Assembly (NCBI GenBank): GCA_977030845.1
Contig: OZ365113.1
Location: forward strand, 27,528,001-27,592,000
DNA length: 64,000 bases
Direction: 5' to 3'
Origin: Fimbriosthenelais zetlandica
Taxonomy: Eukaryota
In this document: piece by piece, positions 52,626 through 64,000 of the stretch
Position numbering within the stretch: position 1 is the first letter of the stretch
Layout: each line of letters opens with the position of its first letter
The notes under the pieces: generated by a model
The model's input: only the letters and a program-made list of their open reading frames with translations
Databases searched by the model: none
What the model was told of the DNA's origin: nothing
Translations under genes and position numbers: made by a program

Positions 52626-55600
52626 GAGAACTTTCCCAGCAATCGATGATGCATATCTAATCAGGGGGCATACGATTCATTTCATGATTAATTCAAAATA
52701 TTTCTTTTGAATTATAAAGACATTATTCGGATTGATAGGCTAAGGGAATATTCGGGGTCAATTTTATGCCAATACAATTGCTATTTTCTGAGATTGTTAT
52801 TTGTGGTAGGCCTAATAAGAACATAAAATATCTAGGCCTCGTCCATGCAAATGGTTCATTTTAACGAAGAAACCGCATTCTAAATCTTACAAAATGTTAT
52901 AGACTATTTGAGGCTATCGTATATCGAGCTTCATGAGGAATATGTGTTTATAGGCTACATGAAGCGAAGCGATTCATTATCCATATCATCTGTTAAAAGC
53001 TTTATTTGTGTTGGCAGAAGCCTAGGCGAGGAAAAAGGCATTCCAGGGAAAGGAATTTAGGCTTATAATGGCATCCAGTGTTGCCTTGTCCCATTGACAT
53101 TGGTTATAGGCTACATTGGCTACCCATGATCAACGGGGTTTCACACATGATAGGCCTATTCAGATACAACAGGCTTTTAATAAAGGCTTGATATAGCGCC
53201 TTAAAACCCTGTTACTATTGCAAGGCTGATTGGCCTCAGTCCTGATATCTGAACTACATCAAAGGACCACATTAACATTTGACATCCTAACGTTTCATCT
53301 TTTGGTTTTTACCAGGGAAGACAGGGATTAGAGACTTCTCAAATTAACTTGTCACCAACACAGTCAAAGTGGAAACACGCTGGGGAAAAAGCTGCTTTTC
53401 GGAAAAGAACGACTCGTACAAAGGAACACTAGCTTTGTCATGCTCTCACTGCATGTCAGCCTTGGTTCCGTTTTCCAAAAATCAAGCTAATCCCTTAAAT
53501 ATGCAGGACAATTTTTATGACTGCTTAGCGTGGATTGTGTTCGCCATTTGCACCGTAATAGGACGACCCTGATTAATAAAGGCTTATCGTTTGAAATATA
53601 GATAGACTAGTGTTACGCTATTAGTTGCAATAAAGGCATAGAAAGAATAGGCCTATTAGATAGACTCTTAGATACAATTTTGTGGCATAATTCTTAATAA
53701 TAAAAGCAAAGGAAGAGCAAAAATATAAATGTATATGACTCTTGGGGAACCAAGGATGTAAGGAATTAAGAGGCGTGGAAGTAGTCAACTCAAGGAAAGA
53801 ATTAAATATGGGAAGAAGCTCCACCCCTCAATCATTATTCACTCCTCCCAAGTCCAAGGGAATTCCCCGCTAGAGCTATGACGTCAGAGGTGACTGCTGA
53901 CGCGCGCACAATATTCAGTACAGTGTCTCCTGGCGAGGAAAATCCCCTTCTACTATTGCGAAATGATGGGTTTCGCCCCATCAGCGATTGTTTACAAGGT
54001 GCAGAGGGTGGGACATCCTTCATCTTGGTTAAAAATAGCTCACATGAGCTATTTTGGGAACTCCTCATGGTTAATTTTAGATAAGCGACAAGAGGAGGTG
54101 GGCGGCAGCTCGAGATCATGTGAAGGCATCTCCATACCTTCCAGGAAAATAGATCTGCAAATATTTTGAAGCATGGGTGAAGTTGATAATGTTGGGAGGG
54201 GATTTAGTTGTCTTCTCCAGGCGGAAACTTGAGTAAGTAGTATATAGAAAGAGCGTATTTATGCTGGGTCTCTTTCATAAATGAAAGATGCGCTACATTG
54301 TAGCTAATGATCAAGATTAATGACAAGCATGGCTCTTTTTTCACATGAGGACTACAGTATAACGTTAGGCCTATAACCATGTCTATGGTTTTATGAAGGT
54401 TACCGCGAAGATCTCTTTTTCAAAATGTCATTACAGTACACATTTCTGAACTGACTTTATGCTAAAAACTACGCAGGAATATGGTTTATAACAAACTGAG
54501 CACTCCATGGCTAGCTCAACAAAAGAGAGCCACACAGGAAGAGAATCCCGGAAGTAGCCCCGCAGAGGGCGCGAGCATTGCAGTCCTAAAACATCAGCCA
54601 TCCTTTGTGAACGATAATGGGGGAATCTAGTTTGCCAATTTGGGTAAAACACGCATTGGCACAAAGCTCAGGAGGCCAAGGGAATCTATAGATTCCGGGC
54701 CCATCATTGGTCATATTGATAGGACCTACCCAATACATTTGACCACATGGATGCTGTGTCGCCAAACATTTCATATATTCAAAATTGCGTGCATCAGACA
54801 TATAGGCATAAACTGAGGGAATATGCAAGGAATTTTTTGAAAGAATATTGGCAATGTGTTGGACCATAATTAAGCAAGGCGTGGACAATGCGATGCATTT
54901 AAGCAATTCCAACTTGTGTTTCTTCAACATTTCTTCTATTGACGACAGCTCTGCAATTCTCTTAATTTAATTACAAATGAAGCAAATTTTCTTGGGGGAT
55001 TCTACTTCTATTTGTCTAGGTGGGTGACAGGAAACAAGCCACTGTCCCCGGCCTAATAGGTTGTGTCATAACCCCTATCTGTGAAAGTGGCTAGATGAGT
55101 GACAGGGTCTAGGCCAAAAGGGAATAAAAAGCTTCCGCCGGAAGGGGGGCCGTAAGGGGCCAGAATAACGATCCATCAACCCCTTATCTCTCAGCCACGC
55201 GCCACACACACCCCGCCCTGTACCAACCCTCACACTACCCGCACTTCAGGGAATATCCAAAATATTTATTATTATGTTTTATTGAGACTGGATGAATGGT
55301 GGCCATTGACAGAAATCTGAGACATTGTCAAGTTGGGAGGTTGGGATGACATGGAGCGTGTGAGCACCAACTCAACTCATTGAAAGCGAATAAATTGATC
55401 TGCAGCTATGGGGAAAATATTAATCGCTTGCTAGATCCGATTTTTTACTTTTCCGTTTGCAGGTATAATGCTCTACCATCAATTTAGGCGAGGTCTCCTG
55501 CGAATTGTTCACCATGAAAAACTGCTGTATACTCTTGTGCAGTAGATATAAATAAATAACAAATAAAAGTATTTATGGAAATCTGTACACAGTTCTTCCA

Positions 55601-56327
55601 TTTTAGGGAAGGTTTTCAACTATGTAATAGGAATTCTGTGATATTAAGTACGCCTACTTTGGGTATACGTTAGTCAGTATCTATAGTTATAATTATGGCA
55701 TAATCATAAAAGTGATAACTGATCATAAGGCGTTGATCACATTTTGTGACAAATTCATTATCTGTATGTAAGTAACACATGGAGAGATAACATCTCCAGC
55801 TGATTATATGCGACCATTATTTAACACAATATCGTGCCAAATTACATTATTTATTGTTATCAACTCCCATAATGCATGACCGTTCAAAGGCTTGGCGCTA
55901 TTAGTGGTAATTACAGATAACCAACAACGTTTGCTCTGCCACCTAGTGTATAAAGAAGAACATCCCACTTCCGTCGACATGACTACTTCCTGTTTATGTG
56001 TATTGCCATAGATCCATAGGTTGGAAGTGAGAAAATCTCAAACGGTTTACAGCATACCTTTACAAAAAGATTTATAAATTATATGTCCCGTTTCCGCTTT
56101 GTGTTGAATGGGATGCCATTTTCATCCAGTCATTCTCACAATACTTTCACAAGGAAGTCATTTTAATCAGCCATGTTTTCACTTCACTGTCCTTGGCTAC
56201 CCAACCTATGGCGCAGCCACACACTGTGACTGAGAAGCTGACACAGGGCTGATGGTCGCGCCTGACAATGACTGCAAATTGCCTCTATTAACGTTAATTA
56301 ACATTCCCATTAATAACAATGATGGCT

Positions 56328-56346
56328 TATATATATATATATATAT
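56328..56346. repeat. (TA)n microsatellite
   Basis: About 9 uninterrupted TA units. Confidence 0.9.
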
Positions 56347-59300
56347 GAATAACAAGAGTCTTATCCCGATTGAGGACTTTGTAATGAATATGGAAATGTC
56401 TTAATATTTTTGAAGCATACTGGATGGCGTACAAACTCTCATCTATCAGCATTGCAATATTATCGGTCAATGTGCACCAGCTACCAGTTGAGAACTGAAA
56501 TGTACAGCAATGTGATCAAGGTTCCATGAGAATTTGACCTTGAATTGACCTTTGTATGTCCAACTCCCACCACCACAACAAGTGGACAGACATCTTGAGT
56601 GGCAGCGTTCGCGGGACCAATTAGTGTTTGCGTGAAATGTTTGTTCCCCCCAATATCTCGTGCTACAGCAGCGGAAGTTGTTCCATGAAATTAATGTGCT
56701 ATGTAAAGAGTTACAGTTGGGTATACATAGATGAGAGACATAGAATTTACCACTCAGCTAGGTGATGGGCTCTCTTTCCTGTATGATGCTAAGGTTTGAC
56801 TTGTTTTTTATACACTGTCTGTGGAACCTTCAACAATGGCGGATCTACAGATGACTTCCGGTGGTCTTAGAACTTATATTTGTATACTTCCACCGGGGGG
56901 TTTAGCTCCTGGCTGACATAGTGAACCAAATGGTCCAAACATATTCAACTTTAATATGTCATTCTTCTATGGCGACTCTATAGTATAGTATAGTCTATAC
57001 CTTTCATTGTCGCATTGCCTTCCCATGCGTTGGTTGATCCATCTTTGAAACAGTATAGATCTGGAAAGTTTCCAAGATATTGGTGCCAAACTTCCCGCCA
57101 TTTCAGGAAAGGCGGTAAAATATCGCCATAATTTCCCGCCGTTTGGTAAAAGTTGGCAAGATGTCTGCTGGCCAGGATTATTTTACTACCATCGTCATTT
57201 CAGGAAGCGGCCATATCTTTGACATAAACTACCTATCATGACATGTATCCCGCCTTTGTTGTGTCTCAAGTCATACATTAACCCCAGCATGAAGGACTCG
57301 GACTTTCCCTGGCTTCTTCCCTTCAAGTCCCTGTTCCTACACATGATTGATGTTGAGGCAGGGGAAAATCCTTATAAGGACATAACGTCTGTGTAGGTGT
57401 GTGTGTGGCCTGTGAGCCTCATTATCGCCCAATGCCCTGTCTGCCTGCTTCAGATCAGTGGGTGGAATCACGTGATAAAGGGAACCGCCAATCAGGTTGA
57501 TTCTTTTGGACACTACGTGTGTAGAGAATTGTAATTAAGCGACCAAGGTCTTGTTATCGGTATTTGTTGTTTCCCAAGTGCCAGACTCTACTTAAAGATC
57601 ATGATTATACAAATGGAAAAAACAGCAATTACTGCTCATGAACATTCTGAATACACTTTGAAATGGATGAAAAACGTGTTTGTGTGCTTATAGAGCCTGG
57701 AACACACTATAATCCGATTGTCCAATCCGTCGCCATCCGAACTACCATTTCTAATGGCATCCAATGATTGAAATTTTGGCAGCCTTTGCCTAGTTGTAAA
57801 GCCTATTGAAATTACAAGCATTTAGGGAAGTTTTTTCGTACAGCTATCGGATGGAGCCGGATAGAGAATCTGATTAGTGTGCTCCAGGCTTAAAGTTCCT
57901 TGTGATCTTTAAAATGTTTTTGGTAAAACGTTTCCCCAGAATCTTTTTACATTTTCACAGACATGCCAGTCATGACATGAAATCTCGTGTATCAATGTAA
58001 AGATCGTAATATACATGTGTTTCGTTGTTTAATAACTTTTAATTAGTAAGGAGTTGTCGCTATATATTCAGTTGAAATTCCCCTAAGGGTTAGTATTGGG
58101 ATGGCGCCTAATAAAGATGGATGGGTGAGGTAGCAGGTAATGATGAGGGCAGACCTCTGATGTTGCACTCTTCTCGCTAGGAGGAGCTTCTTATTCCATA
58201 CCAATTACAGAGGTCAGGCATGGACAAAGGGGACCTATCAAATACTAACACAGGGTCTGGGTAAAAAATAAAAAAGGCCTGGTGCTGTTTCATCTTATTT
58301 ATGGTCGTGATAAAAGCACCTTCATCTTTTACTATATAGGCTTTCTTTCTAAGCTTTCATGTGTCTCGTTTGAAATGTGATATAGATTTCATCGAGGTTC
58401 TAGTTTGCGTAGGTGTGGAAATCATACACATGTTATATGATCAAATTTGAAATATATAAATTTTTTGCTGTATTTTAATACAGTCATTGTCTTTGTTAAC
58501 TTTTGTGTTGAATGCAGCATGTTATACTGAAACCGGCCATGGGCTGATGGTTGCGCTGCTGGGAGGAACACCTTGGCTTTTGAATATTGTAAACATGAGT
58601 TGATAGCCTATCCTGGGATCTTCTAATGTTTCTGAGGCTCACATTATTCGCCTTTCACATAGCATGACTTTTGAGGGTATGAGGGTTTCCCGTGTATTTA
58701 GCCAGCACAAAAGCGGACCCAAAAGCTTTGACTGAAAGGATTTTGCAGGAAGTTCCGCTGAACCGAGGTGGCGGCAGCAGCATCGTGCCGCAACATTATA
58801 GGATGCTGGTATTTGAGAAGAAATCCAGTAGGGGGCATTCAAGGATGGAGCGTCCATCCATACCCACTTTATACATGCTAAGCTTGGAATACAAAAGTTC
58901 CGGTAGTGGAATACCTTGCAAAGACATCTTTGACAACACACCTTCCAAGAGCTAGAATGCAAAACCTCGTGGATAAACCTAATTGAAGGGAAAAGTCTGT
59001 TGACAGAACTCTCCGTATCAAATTAATATAATCTGGACCATAATTTCCATGGACTATAACAGAATCTTATATGCCAGGCTTTATGCGATTCCAATGAAAT
59101 TTATAAAAGCAAAATGACAAGATACGGACATTGAACTTACAACATGCTCTCTATGCCTTTCAGCATCGGATCGAACTCTGCAATAAATAAAGGTTCGAGT
59201 TACATCTCAGATTGACTACACGTGACACATTGCGGATTGGATTGCAGGGTTGCTGGAACGTGAATTTACTCTTCTGCTTTTATATCCACTAAAATCTAAT

Positions 59301-62300
59301 TGGACAAGTTAGACATGATTAAAAGTTTGATATTATAGATAGGGGAGAGGCTTGGTAATATGGCACCATTCCACTGTTGAGTGTTTCCAGGCAGCCTTGG
59401 GTGATAGTATGAGGAATGAGCAGGAGGCTGACAAGTGGTTGTGATTTATGCCCACCCTGGAGCTGTCCCCTCCAGTGTTTGTACTGTGCTGCCCCCTACT
59501 GCCATGGACCCTTATCACCGTTGACAATCTCCGACCAACCAAACATAGGCACACGACCTGCGTCTGGTCACATGACACGTCTTATCACGTGGAAACAATG
59601 GCAAGTTTCACAAAAGAGGTCATAACAAGCCGACCTACATCCACAGTGGTGTACTGTGTTACCATGAGAATGACTGTACTCGATCCAGACCTCCGGATCA
59701 GCTGATTATGACTTTGTCTTAAAATGAATTTGATATCTGCATGGTGATCATCACATGGACATGAATAATGTAAATCTTTGGAAAAAAACATGTCCAAACT
59801 GGTCCATATTTGAGTTTTATGGTGACGCAATGTTTAATGTTTTCTAAAGATTGTGGGGCTGGGGGTGGGGAGATTTCAGGCTGGGATTTTAATTCGTTGA
59901 TCCCAGCTAAACAATGAAGTCATCTATATAAGTTTGTTCGGGCCCTGGCTGAGATCCCTCGTGATCGACATGGTTGTGGCTGGCCATGCCACATATTAAA
60001 ACATATCCTGATAGAGATAACAACACAATGAGGTCCAGACCTTGGTGAATCGGTCCCTGCCATTCATTCAGTTTTAGTCCCTCCCCTAACAGGCGGGTGA
60101 CAAGGGGACGGAGCAGCGTCCTGCTGAGCTACGCCACCTATATGTGAACCACAGGATCAAGACAGGAGGAGGAGGTGGTGGACTGAAAGGTTGGGGGAGA
60201 AAGTCCAAAGGCTGAAGTCGGACGGTCACCTTCCGTCCGCCGCGCTCTCTCCTACACTCCGTGAGTTCCTGAAATTTGACCCTTGGGATCTCCCGGTGGA
60301 CTTTGGGGGCATCGCGCCTCCTCTTCATGAGGGTCCAGAGTTCAGAGTTCGTTCGAGGAATCCCCCCAACAACTGTGGGTGGTTGCTATGGATGGAACGC
60401 AACCACGTAACGAACAGGTCCAACTACCACTGCCACCTCCCACACCACTGGCAGTCTCTGTCAAACTTGGTGAGTGCATGGACCTTTCCATCTTCTATAC
60501 CTCGTCTTACCTTTGGCTTTTTAACACATGCTCGCCATTTGGAGGTTGTCTTTGATCTTTAATGATCAAGAAAGCTCGCCATGGGAATAACTACTAAACA
60601 TATCGCAAGGGGAACTTATTTCTCACACGTTTCTTTATATGAGCTTCAATTAGTTAATCTGACTACTTTGAAAAGGTCTGCCAAAAGTTCTTTAATTGTA
60701 TTCTTTCAAGCAGTCCTGCAGGTCTTCTGATCGAAGTTCGTCTCATGGGCTCATTAAAAATCGATTTTCAACTGAAAACAATTTTCATGATTTTGAATCA
60801 ATTTTCAGGATCTATAGACTCTTAATTTGAATTTTCTGTATCTATCCTTTCCCTTCTGTTTATCCCTACGCCCCCCTTTGTTCTAGTTTATAGGAGACTT
60901 TTCTTGGGATAAGCGTCCTGGTCAGATATTTGATAAAGAGAAACTGCATGGCAACTGACACCGAAAACTGAAAGTGATACATGCACGTCTCACCTCGCGA
61001 CTTTTCTCGCTCCACTGGATCTGAAAACAGTATACTATAGCAGTCTTGTGCTCATGCATACATTTTTCAACTCAGCAATTCTAGAGTGCCATGTATTAGT
61101 GATACAATCCTTTCTAACGTAGATAACAAAAAAAGAAGTTGAACAAGAATATAGGCCAGTAGTACTTTTGACTTGTAACCTAGTTCCCCTGGGGGACATT
61201 GTTTCTTCGTCTGTTCCCACTATTAAATCTTGTTCTTGGATGATATAGAAAATGTCAGTTGATGGAATGTATACTATATATTGGTGAGAATGATGGAGTG
61301 TTTGGTATTAGAACACAGCTGTATTCCTCAATGATTTATGTCCTAGAAATGTGAGCTGCTCTTGTACATAAGGAGCTCTATCGAACATCATTGAACCACT
61401 GCATGGCTTCTATATAACGTTCCAAACACGGCATTTCGTCTCAACCATTTTTATCGGGGAAGACTGTTCACCACTCCTTTTCCTCCTGATTATTTTTTTC
61501 AAATTATTTTGCTTTCGTATGTATCTTGTTCCTGTTTTGCTCTGAGCTACTTCCTGTAGTTTCTTCCTTACTGGAACTAATTTCTTAGAATGACGATGTA
61601 ACTTTCACTTTAAACTTCTTCTTCCAAGTTTATAACATTTTCTTCCACCAGTCAGGGTTTGTTCCTGTAAGGGATCGGCCATGACAAAACTCAGCTTTAC
61701 CAGTTAATGGTAATAAAAAACTATATTCCATTGCTGTGATTAGTTGCACGTGTGGTGTACTATATGTGTGGATTTAGGTCAATCCATGGTTTATAACCCT
61801 TCCCGTCCTCAAACATGTCAAATCTTTACACAATACGCATTCTTTCTTCTAGCATTAGGAACCAGTCGTGCAAAAATGTAAAAATAGATGCTTGAGAAAG
61901 AAAGTCGATGAAACAGGATTTAAAATGTTCAGAATTGTAACAAATAAAAAAATAAATTAAATATCGAAAAAAGTAATATCTCTCAAAAAACTTGTAGTCT
62001 GTACTTTATGCATAATGAGAATAATTGCAGTGTCAACAGATGTGTGGAGGTGCGCTTATCGGTTCATAGCCATAATGAATTTGTGTTATCAGCTAGGAGA
62101 CCATACAACTAATCTTGGTGACTGACAGACCAGTGGTGCAATGACCTTAATCTGCTCTATAAGAATAAATTCTCCATCCTTATAGACTCATAATGTCTTG
62201 CTACATTCAGTAACCAAAAATGGGTATAAAAAGAATCGCTCGTTGACCATACCATGCATAACATGCGTCTCGATCCTCGTCTATGGCCTGTTCTCAATTG

Positions 62301-62544
62301 CCTATTTGCCTAAAAAATGCCTTGATGAATACGAATTAACATATGTCAGTTACTTGGCTATTTTCAAAATTGCCTTGAACATTTTTAAGGGTCTGTGTGG
62401 GTTGTGGAGGGGGCGGGTACCCCCGCTGGATCTGCCACTGACCAGGTCAGATGCCCTTCCCTCTGGACTCCTTCAATTGATCCATTGAGGCTTCTTCCTC
62501 AAGGGGTTTTCTCTTTTCCCTTTTCAATTAAACCTCCATGCACT

Positions 62545-63005
62545 TCCTCCTCCCTTCCCTCTTACTCGTCGCTCGGCTTCTGCCTACGTCCCTTCTTCCC
62601 TTCCCTCTTCCTCCCTTTCATTTGTCTATACCCCCTTTCTTTCCCCTACTCTTGCCTTATAAATACACGTCGCTTGGCCTCTATATATACGTACCTGCGT
62701 CCCCTCTTCCCTTCCCTTTTCCTCCCTTTCATTTGTCTATACCACCTCTTCTTTCCCCTACTCTTCCCTTATAAATAGACGTCGCTTGGCCTCTACCTGC
62801 GTCCCCTCTTCCCTTCCCTCTTCCTCCCTTTCATTTGTCTTACCCCCCCCCCCTTCTTTCCCCCTACTCTACCCTTATAAATACACGTCGCTTGGCCTCT
62901 GCCTGCCTCCCCTTTTCCCTTCCCTCTTCCTCCCTTTCATTTGCCTATACCCCCTTCTTTCCCCCTACTCTTCCCTTATACTCGTTCTCGGCCTTTGCCT
63001 GCCTC
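62545..63005. repeat. Pyrimidine-rich minisatellite, about 4 copies of a 101-112 bp unit
   Basis: Units anchored by cgtcgct at 62567, 62668, 62780 and 62886. Shared core cccttccct(c/t)ttcctccctttcatttg...ttctttcccc(c)tactct...ccttata(aata). Confidence 0.93.
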
Positions 63006-63902
63006 ATTTATAGCCTAACCAGTCCACATTGACATGTTTTACAATCTGTCCTCAAGTCTGGCCCTCGGTTTACTTAACACTTCTTTTGTACAATTTGCCT
63101 GCCTCTTTTCGGCGGACAGTTCTCTCACGGCCGCTCGTCCAGTGTTTACTTGATAAGCTCGTCTGTTTGTCACCAAGGCCCGCCTTGATAATCCTAACCA
63201 GCCGCAGGTTGCCACGGGATACAGCACACACAAAATGGAATGTAACATTTCACACAATATCCAACCCTTATCTTAACCCAGATAAAGCCATATTACTATA
63301 TTATTATCAACCACAACTTTGCTCCTTCCTGGAAAAGGATTAGATGTGAAAAAACGGGTAAGGGTGGGGGGGGGGGTCCATGTAGCCTTAAGGCCCCCAA
63401 AAAATATTATTCGAGCGACCAAAAAAACCTCGCAATTGTGTGGGTGGGTGTTGTGTATGGGTTGGCGCGGGTTATTGATAACCCATGCAGACACCTCCTA
63501 CAGGTTCTGTTAGTTACCTCTCTTGGTCACCTACATTTGCAACGATAAACTTACTTAACACTAGATGTCCTTCACTTCTGGGCTTTTATCTACCCTGGCC
63601 CGTTGCCCACTAAAGAAAATTCGGCTCTGGCTGCTGATATTTAATTTCACTGTACACAAGATTTTACATTCGTAAGCTGACGAAGCATACTATAGGTAGA
63701 TAGACCCATCCTGCAAAAATCACATTTCATCATACTAGCTCTCTGTATCCGATTTTGAATTGATATGAATTAATAATTCTAGGGAAACACTATCTCAGTT
63801 CAAGAATGTGTAGGCGACAGTGCCACGTGGAATCATTGCAACCACATGGTTAATGGTCGTATGACTGGTTAATGATCCATCTTCCTGTTCGTTATCTTTA
63901 AC

Positions 63903-63947
63903 TTGTTTTTTTTTTTGTTTTTTTGTTGTTTTTTTTGGGGGGGGGAT
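63903..63947. repeat. Poly-T / poly-G low-complexity tract
   Basis: T runs interrupted by single G, followed by a G run. Confidence 0.85.
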
Positions 63948-64000
63948 TATAATCTATTTTCTGCACTAGTATCCCACCAGAATAAAGTTGGTCAGTGATC

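Noticed and set aside
60092-60214. LKGWG-RK as a possible Wamide neuropeptide
   Set aside because: Single copy, no signal peptide or N-terminal cleavage site, and an atypical RK site.
60191-60562. FLKFDPWDLP resembling the plant NAC domain
   Set aside because: A single short motif in an animal genome with no further NAC blocks.
62395-63032. Overlapping F/L/P/S-rich ORFs
   Set aside because: Artefacts of the stop-poor pyrimidine minisatellite.

Overview
AT-rich animal genomic DNA with spliceosomal introns; an invertebrate, possibly an echinoderm-type genome (inference only). No prokaryotic operon, CRISPR array or intact autonomous transposon is visible. Three genes are well supported. (1) The last three coding exons of a Wnt5 gene on + (2457-2713, 17328-17623, 29814-30275); the signal-peptide exon(s) lie upstream of the window. 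(2) A convergent 4-exon gene on - that the ORF track misses because its exons are short (51909-51959, 41607-41731, 35148-35280, plus a probable 5'UTR exon ending at 52337). Assembled by hand from matching splice phases, it encodes a 102-aa signal-peptide, 7-Cys protein with a neuritin/RGM-N-like C-x8-C-x7-C core and no GPI tail. (3) An intact tRNA-Lys(TTT) at 39099-39171 inside an intron of gene 2, whose 3' half resembles the Lys-CTT family. The rest is intronic or intergenic, with promoter-like motif clusters (E-box/ETS, CRE, NRF1, CTCF-like), MITE-like relics, a perfect 36-bp palindrome, several ~105-bp tandem repeats and some unresolved exon-like antisense segments in the Wnt5 introns. The most interesting item is the small secreted cysteine-rich gene lying tail-to-tail with Wnt5.
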